From positions 254,200,001-254,264,000 of the forward strand of contig OZ360219.1 of assembly GCA_977017645.1 (NCBI GenBank): a DNA stretch of 64,000 nucleotides, written 5' to 3'. The notes below the pieces were generated by a model. The model ran no database searches, was not told the DNA's origin, and saw only the letters and a program-made list of their open reading frames with translations. Below, piece by piece: positions 35,558 through 46,200 of the stretch. The first letter of the stretch is position 1. Every line of letters starts with the position of its first letter. A program made the translations under genes and the position numbers. The stretch comes from Torpedo marmorata (Eukaryota).

Positions 35558-36490
35558 TGTTGCAGGCTTCCGTTATTTTTTTAGTAAAGTTACTTTGGGG
35601 GTTGGAACAGGGAAAGACACTCACAGATAACAACGTTTTGAACAGACAGCATGGCACCTAATTCAAAGCTGAAAACAGCATTATTGTTCTCAATTGAAAG
35701 ACTATAACAATGGATGTTTACTCAAGAAGACATCTGTTCAGAGAGAGAAGGCCATCTACTTATGACTAATGCTTTTGGGAAATTGAAACTGAAAACCAGT
35801 ATTGATCAAGCAAGTCATGTGATTAAGACACTTGAAAAAGCAGTTTTTAGTTCATCAGCAGGTCATCTGAAGAGACAGAATTGGAGTGACTTTGGGTGAG
35901 ATGGTCACTTCTGCTGTTTCTCCTGGTCAGAGGAGAGCAGTGATCTACTGTGGCCATTGTAATGGTCATTTTTGATTGACCCATGTCTGGGTAAAGGAAA
36001 CCGGATCAGTCCTGTATTTGGATCATGACCATTTTGATGGTCATTTCGTTTAACCCTTGCCTGGGTTCGTGGAAACATCGCATCGTGGAAGTCACGTTTC
36101 GTAACCCCTACGCAAGGAAGAGGGGAGTTGTGACAAATCATTCATATGAAGGGACATTTCTCTGACAGCAACTGGACAAGAAGTCGTGAGTTTTGAGAAG
36201 TATGATGACTCGGTGTCTCACCTACTTCATAATTACTTCCGAACATCAGTTTAAAAGTTCTGAGTTTCAACACAAGGTTTCTAAGTCTGAACTTTGAATT
36301 GACTTTTCAGAATTGTGCCTAAGATGTAATGGTTTGTGTAATCCACACATACATATACATTTGCGCATAGTTCGGGTTAAGTTTAGATTTAAGTAAGATG
36401 TTATATTATTAATAGTTATTAATAAAAATGATTGTTTCAAGATACCATTGTCTTGGTGAATTCCTATTGCTGCTGGTCTATGATGAAACA
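35558..36490 (+). repeat. 5' LTR
   Basis: TGTTGCAGG...GAAACA; direct repeat of 41852-42784. Confidence 0.95.
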
Positions 36491-36493
36491 AAT

Positions 36494-36511
36494 TGGGGGC
36501 TCGTCTGGGAT
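36494..36511 (+). promoter_or_regulatory. Primer binding site for tRNA-Pro
   Basis: TGGGGGCTCGTCTGGGAT has one mismatch to the canonical tRNA-Pro PBS TGGGGGCTCGTCCGGGAT. Confidence 0.9.
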
Positions 36512-36616
36512 CTAAGCAAAATTGGAGCTTATTGATCGATTGATTTTCGATTTGTTTGGTTATATTCATTTTTGAAAGCCAATTAAAAGGCTTGTGTGTG
36601 TGGAAACACAGCAGGA

Positions 36617-36878
36617 ATGGATATCGATAAGTTTTTGGGATCGCCAATCTTTGCAGATTTGAAGGGGGCGACAAAGAATGAATTGTTGATTATCGCTCAA
36701 AAGTTGGAACTTGTGGTGGTAAAACAGCTGATGAAAAATATAGCAATTCAGAAAGTAATAGTTGAACACTATGTAAAAGAGGGGAAGTTTGGAGATGAGG
36801 AGTTAAAACAATTTTCCAAGAGTAAATCCCTTGAGCAGCAGTTAAAGTTGGAACAGATTGAGCTAGAAAAATATAGTT

Positions 36879-36930
<52 letters not shown>

Positions 36931-37911
36931 ACAAATGCAGCATGAGTTAGAAAAACTTAGATTTGAGGCGAAGGAAGCAGAGAAAAAAAACGGAGGAAAC
37001 AGAAAGGCAAAAGCAATTTGAGAGAGAACAAAGGCAGTTTGAGAAAGAACAAAAGCAGGTTGAGCTAGAGCTATAAAAAAGTAGATCTGAGGAAGCAGAA
37101 AAAAAAAGATGTTTGAAAGAGAGAAGAGAGAAGAAGGAGATCCACCTCCTGGTCTTCGTGAGAGGTTTATGAATAGTAGGGAGGTGAAGTTAGTTCCTCC
37201 ATTTAATGAGGTTGAGATTTTTATTATTTTCCGCATTTTGAGAAAGTTGCTGAGAGTTTAAAATGGCCAAGAGACCATTGGTCCCTAATGTTACAGAGTG
37301 TGATTAAAGGGAAGGCTCAGCAGGCTTACTCTGCCCTTACAATTCAACAAGCCACTAATTATGATACTGCAAAGCAAGCTGTGCTTAAGGCTTATGAATT
37401 GGTTCCAGAAGCTTATAGACAAAAATTCAGGAATTTGAGAAAATCGGTGACCCAGTCTTATGCGGATTTTGCATATGACAAAGCTGTGTGCTTTGACCGA
37501 TGGTGCACATCAAAAGAGATAAATGGTGACTATAACAGACTGAAAGAGTTGGTGTTGGTTGAGGAAATTAAAAGATGCGTTCCTAATGACATAAAAGCAT
37601 ATTTAGATGAAAAGGGAGTGTAAACTTGGCAGGATTCTGCTAAATTAGCGGATGAGTATGCTTTAACCCACAAGGTTAAATTTGTACCAAGTAGAACTTT
37701 CCAAAAGGGTAATGTGGAATATCCAAGTAAGTTAGAAAATAAATGGGGAAGTAGTGCTAGGGGTAAAGATGAAGGGAAGCAAGAAAAGGAAAAACCTTCG
37801 GTTCCCCTTTGCCACTATTGTAAGAAATCTGGTCACGTGATAGCAAATTGTTCCGTGCTGAGGAAAAAGAAAGAAAAGGAGGCAGTGCCAGATGCCTGTA
37901 TTCAGAGATAA
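36617..37911 (+). pseudogene. Gypsy gag (SCAN-like capsid C-domain and CCHC knuckle), disrupted
   Basis: MDIDKFLGSP..; KAYELVPEAYRQKFRN..LKELVLVEE; CHYCKKSGHVIANC. Several stops and frameshifts, and a (GA)n tract at about 36884-36925. Confidence 0.85.
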
Positions 37912-37939
37912 AACACATACAAATAAAATAGGTTCCGGA

Positions 37940-38075
37940 GTAAACACGAAAATCTGTAGACACCGTGGTTGAAGTAAAAAACACAAAAGCTGGAGAACTC
38001 AGCAGGTCAAACAGTGTCTTTTATGTAGCAAAGGTAGAAATACATAACCGATGTTTCAGGCTTGAGCCCTTCATC
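37940..38075 (-). mobile_element. 136-bp Penelope terminal piece inserted in the Gypsy element, 15-bp TSD
   Basis: TSD AAAATAGGTTCCGGA at 37925-37939 and 38076-38090. Confidence 0.85.
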
Positions 38076-38090
38076 AAAATAGGTTCCGGA

Positions 38091-41000
38091 CCTGCTGGTA
38101 AAATTAGGAAGGAATTTGAATATTTTGTGTCAGAGGGTTTGGTTTCATTAGAGAAAGGGTCACCACAGGTGACAGTAAAAATCCTTCGTGATACTGGAGT
38201 CACCCAGTCACTCATGTTAGACAGTGTTTTGGAGTTTGGTGACAAGACTGTCACGGGTGAAATAAATTTGATTCGAGGTTTGTGGGGGTGATTCGGAGTC
38301 GATGCCTCTGCACAAGATAATGTTGAAATTAGAATTAGTTAATGGACCTGTTACGATAGGGATCAGATCAAGTTTACCAGAGACGGGGTTTTGTTGTTAT
38401 TAGGAAATTATCTTGCAGAGGGTAAAGTTGTCCCTGCAGTGTGGTTAACAGATAAGCCAGTCATTGATGAGACAAAGACAGATTCTGATATATATCCAGC
38501 TTCTGCAGTAATGCGGGCTATGGCTAAGAAGTTTGCCAGTGAAGATGGTGCTGTACAGACTGATTTAGAAGGGACAGGAATCTGTGATAGTGCACAACAG
38601 CACTCAGGTTGTAATGACCTGCCAGAAACTTTACATCTTTCTTTATTGGACCAGATTTCTGGTGTTAAACCCGAGAGTAAGGATTTATCATTAATCCGAA
38701 AGGAGTTTATAGAGAGGCAGAACAGAGATCCTAATTTTACTGAAGTGAGAGATAAGGCTCTCTCTGCTGATGAAATTAAGTAAGTGCCAGTTGGATATTA
38801 TTTCAAGGAAGGTGTGTTGATGAGGAAGTGTAGATCATCTGATATCCCTGCCAGTGAAGAATGGGCAGTTGTTCACCAGGTTATAGTTCCTAAAGCCTAT
38901 AGGGATGAAATTTTAACTTTACCCATAGCACACCCTTGGGTGGTCATCTTGGTGTAAGGAAAACTATATATAAGATTATGAAACAATTTTATTGGCCTAG
39001 TTTAAGAAAAGATGTTGTGACATTTTGCCGGACCTGTCACACTTGTCAGGTTGCGGGGAAACCTAATCAGGGTCCCCCAGTAGCTCCTTTAAAACCTATT
39101 CCTGCTTTTGGAGAACCCTTTTCTAAAGTTATTGTGGATTGTAAAGGTAAAGGTAAAGGTAATGGTTCCATTATTGTCACGTAATACTACATTTAGAATG
39201 TAACATATATGAAATTCTTTAATTTTTGTCTACCATAAGGCAGACAGAGTGTCGCTACTTTGTCCAGCGCCCCTCACAGAAACGTACAGCAACTGGTGTT
39301 CCTTGGCGGTCTCCCCTCCAAGTGCTGACCAGTCCTGTGCCTGCTTAGCTTCCGAGATCAGACAATGCCAGTCGTATTCAGGCTATATGTGTTGGCCCAT
39401 TGCCCAAGACAAAAGCTGGGAATCAGTATTTGTTAACTGTCATGTGTACAGCCTTCAGGTTTCCAGAAGCAATATCACTTAGTAATATTAAAGCTAAAAC
39501 TGTGTCGAGAGCTCTTGTAAAATTTTTCACTTTAGTTCGTTTGCTTAAAGAGATACAATCAGACCAGACAAGTAATTTTAAGTCAGGACTGTTTCAGCAG
39601 ATAGTTTATAATTTGGGAGCTAAACAAATCACGTCATCTGCATATCATCCAGAATCTCAAGGGGCCTTGGAGAGGTTCCATTCGACCCTAAAAACCATGA
39701 TGAGGACCTATTGTTTTGAAAATGAGAAGGACTGGGATGAGGGTGTCCATTTGCTTTTGTTTGCAGTGAGACAGTCTGTACAAGAATCATTAGGCTGTCG
39801 TCCTTTTGAGCTGGTATTTGGACATCAAGTTAGAGGACCTTTAATGTTGTTGAAGGAACAATGGGTTAATAAGGATGTGCAGTTGAATTTGTTAGATTAT
39901 GTTTCAAAGTTTAAAGATCGTTTACAGAAAGTCTGTAAAATAGCTGGAGAATTTGAAAACGGCTCAAGGTAAAATGAAAGTCTGGTATGATAAAAAAGCT
40001 AGAGTGAGAACTTTTAAACCAGGGGATAAAGTGTTAATTATTTTCCCAACAAACTCTAATTCTCTTAGTGCAAAATTTTCAGGCCCATATAAGATATAGT
40101 CCAAGGTAAATGAAGTCAACTATGTAGTTAAAACACCTGATCGGAGACGTAAAACGCAGAGTTGCCATGTCAACATGTTAAAACCTTATTTTGAGAATTT
40201 GGATTTTAACAAGGAACAACCTTCACCAGAGGTATTAGTTGTTGATAAAACTGAGGAGTTTATGGATCATGAGATGATGCAAGCTGACTCTTGTGAGGGT
40301 CACTTCAAACAAAATATTGTCCCAGTTCGTCTGTCTAATTCGAGTATTTTTCAGAATTTGGATGAGAAGTTGGCTCATCTTCAGCTCCAGGAAAAGGAAC
40401 AAATGAAACAGCTACTTTTAAAATTTAGGAACCTGTTTCCAGATGTGCCTAAGAAAATTTCAATAGCTTGTCATGATGTTGATGTTGGAGATGCCATACC
40501 TATCAAGCAACATCCATATCGAATGAATGTTGAAAAGTGTAAATTGGTAGATCAAGAGATTAAATATATGTTAAAGAATGATATTATTATACGTTCTACC
40601 TCAAATTGGAGTTCACCTTGTGTCCTGGTGCCTAAATCAGATGGAACGGTTAGATTTTGCACTGATTATAGAAAAGTTAATGTGGTAACAAAAACAGATG
40701 CTAAGTTTCTTATGAAGATGGACTTATTAAAAGGTTACTGGTGTGTTCCCTTAACAGAGAGAGGGAGGGAAATTTCTGCATTTGTGACCCCGTCAGGTTT
40801 ATATGAATACATGTTCTACCATTTGGAATGAAGAATGCTCCAGGAACATTCCAAAGGATGATCAATTCTGTGATTCAAGATTTAGAGCATACAGGTGCTT
40901 ATATTGATGATTTGGTTACGGGGAATGACACCTGGGAAGCATACATATTTGAGTTAGAGAAATTGTTTGATAAACTTTCAAAAGCAAACCTTACTGTTAA

Positions 41001-41707
41001 TTTAGCTAAAAGTGAATTTTGCCATGCTACTGTGACTTATCTTTGTTATGTTGTTGGTCAAGGAAATTTGGCGCCTGTCCAGGCGAAGGTTCAGACGATT
41101 TCTGAGTTTCCCGTTCCCATGGGTAAGAAAGCTATTAGGAGGTTTTTGGGAATGGTAGGGTATTGTAGAAAGTTTTGTAAAAATGTGGCTGATATCGCCC
41201 TTACTTTGACTAACCTTTTGAAGAATGGTGAAAAGTTTGTTAGGACAAAAATTTGTCAGGAAGCATTTGACAAACTGAAAGCCATTTTATGTCACAAATC
41301 TGTGCTTAAGTCACCTGACTTTGAAAAGCCATTTTCTTTAGCAGTAGATGCTAGTGATGAAGCTGCAGGAGCAGTGTTATTACAAAAGAATGATTGTGAT
41401 GATATTGATCATCCAGTGGCTTACTTATCTAAGAAATTCAATGAACATCAAAAGAATTATTCTACTATAGAGAAATAATTATTGTCCCTTGTATTGGCTT
41501 TGCAGCATTTCGGTGTTTACAATCTGCATTGCTTGGGGGCCAATTGTTGTCTATACTGACCATAATCCTTTAGTGTTTTTGAGTAAAATGAAAAATAAAA
41601 ATAGACAATTGTTAAACTGGAGTTTAATTTTGCAAGAATATGATTTAATGATAACTCATATTAAAGGAAAGGATAATGTAATTGCTGATTGCCTTTCAAG
41701 ATGTTAG
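38091..41707 (+). pseudogene. Gypsy pol (protease, integrase, RT, RNase H), disrupted
   Basis: PR: ILRDTG. IN: GGHLG..CHTC, IVDC/VGP, IQSDQ, YHPESQGALERF. RT: RFCTDYRKVN, AYIDD. RH: AVDASD, YTDHNPL, NVIADCLSR. Confidence 0.92.
39143..39387 (-). mobile_element. 5S rRNA-derived SINE (SINE3 class) inserted in the integrase
   Basis: Minus strand 39384-39280 reads CCTGAATACGACTGGCATTGTCTGATCTCGGAAGCTAAGCAGGCACAGGACTGGTCAGCACTTGGAGGGGAGACCGCCAAGGAACACCAGTTGCTGTACGTTT, collinear with 5S rRNA. The tail ends in (ACCTTT)n. The insert splits IVDC|VGP with TGT duplicated. Confidence 0.9.
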
Positions 41708-41851
41708 AGTTGCAATTTTGCTAAAAAAATGTTACATTTGCCTGCATTATATTATATAACATTAGAATGTAGTATTAGAGAAAAGAAAAATTGTAGATTG
41801 CAGTTAAAACTTTTGTTCTTAAAGCTCAAACTTTTCTCCGTTTGAAGGAGG

Positions 41852-42784
41852 TGTTGCAGGCTTCTGTTATTTTTTTAGTAAAGTTACTTTGGGGGTTGGA
41901 ACAGGGAAATACACTCACAGATAACAACGTTTTGAACAGACAGCATGACACCTAATTCAAAGCTGTAAACAGCTTTATTGTTCTCAATTGAAAGACTGTA
42001 ACAATGGATGTTTACTCAAGAAGACATCTGTTCAGAGAGAGAAGGCCATCTACTTATGACTAATGCTTTTGGGAAATTGAAACTGAAAACCAGTATTGAT
42101 CAAGCAAGTCATGTGATTAAGACACTTGAAAAAGCAGTTTTTAGTTCATCAGCAGGTCATCTGAAGAGACAGAATTGGAGTGACTTTGGGTGAGATGGTC
42201 ACTTCTGCAGTTTCTCCTGGTCAGAAGAGAGAAGAGATCTACTGTGGCCATTGTAATTGTCATTTTTGATTGACCCATGTCTGGGTAAAGGAAACAGGAT
42301 CAGTCCTGTATTTGGATCGTGACCATTTTGATGGTCATTTCGTTTAACCCTTGCCTAGGTTCGTGGAAACATCGCATTGTGTAAGTCACAAGTTTCGTAA
42401 TCCCTACACAAGGAAGAGGGGAGTTGTGACAAATCATTCGTATGAAGGAACATTTCTCTGAAAGCAACTGGACAAGAAGTCGTGAGTTTTGAGAAGTCTG
42501 ATGACTCGGTCTCACCTACTTCATAATTACTTCTGAACATCAGTTTAAAGGTTCTGAGTTTCAACACAAGATTTCTAAGACTGAACTTTGAATTGACTTT
42601 TCAGAATTGTGCCTAAGCTGTAATGTTTTGTGTAATCCACACACACATATGCATTTGCGCATAGTTGGGGTTAACTTTAGATTTAAGTAAGATGTTATAT
42701 TATTAATATTTATTAATAAAATGTATTGTTTTAAGATACCATTGTCTTGGTGAATTCCTATTGCTGCTGGTCTATGACGTAACA
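41852..42784 (+). repeat. 3' LTR
   Basis: TGTTGCAGG...GTAACA; about 40 differences from the 5' LTR by manual count. Confidence 0.95.
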
Positions 42785-43623
42785 CTCTGAAAAGGACAGA
42801 AGGTGTCCCGACTAGAATCATTAAGGCAGATAAATTCCATGGCAACTACCTCCATTGTAACTCACAGATAGGTAATTTCTTTTCCAGAAGGTGGGGAACT
42901 ATTTTTTATATACATGTTTGTCGATGAAACCTGTTCTAACTCACTATCAACTCTCTTGATCTTTTCACTTTCCCTAAATGACTAGATTGTTCCTCCGCAA
43001 TCCAGTGACAAGATCGAAACTTTCATCATCAATCCTTGTCACAACTCCATTCCTTGGCTACATATTCTAACTATCTACTTGACAAGTATCTCAAACTGAA
43101 TCACACTGGTTGCAATTTGCTTTGATATTTTCTTTATCTGAGACCTCCAGACCTCACTACTAATTTTCACCTTAGCACATGATCCTGACCCTTGGCCCTG
43201 CCTTAGCTCATTTGCTGCCGATTCATTTGAAGGACAGGGCAGATTTGATAGGCTGAATAGCCTAATTCTGCTCCTATGTCTTATGGTCTTATTGAAACCC
43301 TCATCAATGCATCTTGAACTCATTCCCATTTTCTCCGGACCAACCTCCTTCATTCTCTCTGTAAATCTGATACTATCCAAAACTCTGCTGACTGGTTGAG
43401 TTCATAAATTTCACTCTTCACCTCTCTCTTATCTCTTCTGTTGCTTGCTGTCCCATATTGACTCCTGGTTAAGCTACAACTTGCTTTCAAAATTCTCACC
43501 TTTATATTCATATTTCTCCATCACCTCACCCTCTCCTCCTCTCTGTAATCTCCTCCCTCATGTTTAACTGCTCAAGACATTCTCATTAATCCTGGCATGC
43601 TGCACATCCCCTCTCCACCACAT

Positions 43624-44434
43624 TAATAGGAAAGCTGAGTATTAGGGCAGTAATAGGAAAGCTGAGTATTATTTAAATGGAGACAAGCTAGGGAGTGGGG
43701 AAGTGCAAATGGATCTGGGTTTACTTGTACACCAGTCACTGAAGGCTAACATGCAGGTTCAGAAAGCTGTGAAGAAGGCAAATGGCATGTTGGCTTTCAT
43801 AAAGAGGGGATTGGAGTATAGGAGCAGAGACACCCTTCTGCAGTTGTACAGGGCCCCGGTGAGACCTCACCTGGAGTATTGCGTCCAGTTCTGGTCCCCA
43901 AATTTGAGGAAGGACATACTAGCTATAGAGGGTTTGCAGCGCAGATTTACAAGGTTAGTTCCCGGGATGGCAGGGTTGGCATATGCTGAAAGGTTAGAAA
44001 AACTGGACTTATATCCGATGGAGTTTAGAAGGATAAGGGGGGACATGATTGAGGTATACAAGATTATCAAGGGGATAGACGGGGTGAAATCGGATTACTT
44101 GTTCCCAATGATGGGAGAGACGAGGACTAGAGGGCATAGTTTAAGAATACAGGGAAGGCCCTTTAGGACGGAGATGAGGAAATTTTTTTTTACCCAGAGA
44201 AGTGTGAATCTGTGGAATGCTTTGCCACAGAGGGTGGTAGAGGCAGATTCGCTGATTATGTTTAAAAGAAAGTTAGATAAGACTCTAGTGGGCAGGGGAG
44301 TTAAGGGTTATGGGGATAAGGCTGGAAAGGGGTACTGATAGTAGTGATCAGCCATGATCTGTAAAATGGCGGTGCTGGCTTGACGGGCCGAAGGGCCTAC
44401 TCCAGCTCCTATTGTCTATTGTCTATTGTCTATT
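43624..44434 (+). mobile_element. Young 5'-truncated CR1 insertion inside an older L2-like relic
   Basis: Uninterrupted 211-aa RT C-terminal frame at 43703-44338 (VRPHLEYCVQFWSP, RRIRGDMIEVYKI, FFTQRSVNLWN); (ATTGTCT)n tail. Confidence 0.9.
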
Positions 44435-45619
44435 CCCTCATACATTGTCTTTCTTGAGCCACTCTATTTCTCTTTTTTTTCCTTTGGGGATGTTCTTTTA
44501 ATTACCTTTCCCAATGTCTCTTACATTGCTGAACATAATTTTTTGTTGATAACATTCCTGTAAATCACCTTGGGATTGCTTAAATGAAAATGTTGATGAA
44601 GTATGATTCATTAAATAGCAAAGAGAAGAAGTAACTAATGTGAATAAAAAATGATGACTATAGACTTCTACCCAATCACAAGGCCACGTGATGTTAATGG
44701 ATGAGGGTAATCGACAATCTCACTAAAAATATCCAATTAAAAATAGCTTTCTGTCACCATACAATGGAGTCTACAATATGCTTAGCAATTCCAGGGTATT
44801 TGTAGCACATACTCTGCCAAGAAATCTATTTCAAATACTAGCCACTCTATTTGTGAAACAGAATGTTCTGATATTGGTTGTAAAATTGATACTTAATTAT
44901 TTGGAGTGATGCCCTATGCTTTATCATTTAATTTCAAGAAATATTCTTGAATAAATTTGTCCACCTACTCACTTGTATAGTTAATATACTTCTCTTAGGT
45001 TACCTCTCAGAAACCGAATTTCCAGAGGTAAGAGTCCAATACTTTGTTGCTTTTCCTCATAGCTTAGACCCTGAATATCAGCCTATGGTTTCTTCTTGCA
45101 CCCCATCCAATTCCCAGAATTTCACCATTTTTTACCATGCAAGGTGGTGAGATTTACAGGAGGTACATTGTGCAGACCACAGCAGTGTTTGATCTCATTA
45201 CTGGAGTACAACTACATTCAGTCATACTCATCCTCATACAAATCATCACATCTTTTTCAGCAAATTGTTGCCACGTCCCAAGATTTGAATCTTTACAGAT
45301 TTATGTTTAAGTGACAATTATTCATGCAGAACTTCACCAAATGGATTTTGAAAGTTTAAATGCACAACTTTGCAAGATTGATTACAGTCTTGCTTTTTGC
45401 AAGTATTTTATGTGGGTTCTCTCTAAATTTAGTTTCAGGTTTCCTTATGTGATGCCACATTGGGTGAGCTTCAACATGGCATTTTCTGTTGATTTACTGC
45501 AAGTTCTTACATCTCCTGGCTCTCAGCCTTACTGTTGCGATTTCTGCAGTGAGATACATGGCACTGTTCCTGCTACGGGTGCATGCTACAACAGATGAAA
45601 GAATGCTACGGTAATGGGA

Positions 45620-46200
45620 AGGAGATGGGAGAGTGCTCCTATCAGCATAGAGGGATCTAGTGGTGTCCACAGACGAATATTTTTTGTGCACTGTACCTGC
45701 AGAGATCCTCCAGGATTACAGACTGATGCTCCTGCTAGGAAATTGCTAGAGCAATCCATTTTAGGTCATGAATTTTCTCAAAGAATACCTGAGCTTGTGG
45801 AAACCTTTAAGCAAACTCATGTGACTCCACTGCTTGCTTTTGTGGCTGAAATAAAGGTAAATTAAGTCTTCTTTCCTTGATTACAGAGTCTGAAATTTAC
45901 AAATGTACCCATGAATAGCAGGTTGTGAGACAGGGCAGAAAGCATCTGCAACAGTTTGAAATGATCCTGAGACATGGACATTGGATGCAACAGTGACCTT
46001 GACACTGGATGTGACTGTGCCCTTGACCTCCGTGGGCAAAGCAGTCAAGGCATTTCTGTGAGAATGTTCTTGAGGTTGCAGGAGGCCATTAATCTCAGTG
46101 AGGACCAAGATAGTGAAAGGAAAGAATTTGTGTGGCAATGAGGGAGGGTGAGGAAGCTGACATGCTGGTACAGACTGAGCAGCCCCCTTCCATGCTACCA
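45620..46200 (-). pseudogene. PIF/Harbinger (HARBI1-like) transposase fossil
   Basis: VLTEINGLLQPQ..TALPTEVK..VKVTVASNVHVSGSFQTVADAFCPVSQPAIH resembles the Harbinger HTH region. A downstream broken frame gives KGFH, matching the RKGFHS motif. Confidence 0.6.

Larger units (their letters stand above)
35558..42784 (+). mobile_element. Full-length decayed Gmr1-like Gypsy LTR retrotransposon
   Basis: Two 933-bp TG..CA LTRs. TSD CTCT at 35554-35557 and 42785-42788. PBS present; short PPT GAAGGAGG at 41844-41851. Domain order gag-PR-IN-RT-RH. Confidence 0.95.

Noticed and set aside
35714-35899. Identical 61-aa ORF in both LTRs as a real accessory protein
   Set aside because: No recognisable domain; identity is complete at the DNA level and is better explained by conversion or assembly.
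39280-39384. Functional 5S rRNA gene
   Set aside because: The 5' end is missing, there are many substitutions, there is no T4 terminator, and it is fused to a retroposon tail inside an integrase.
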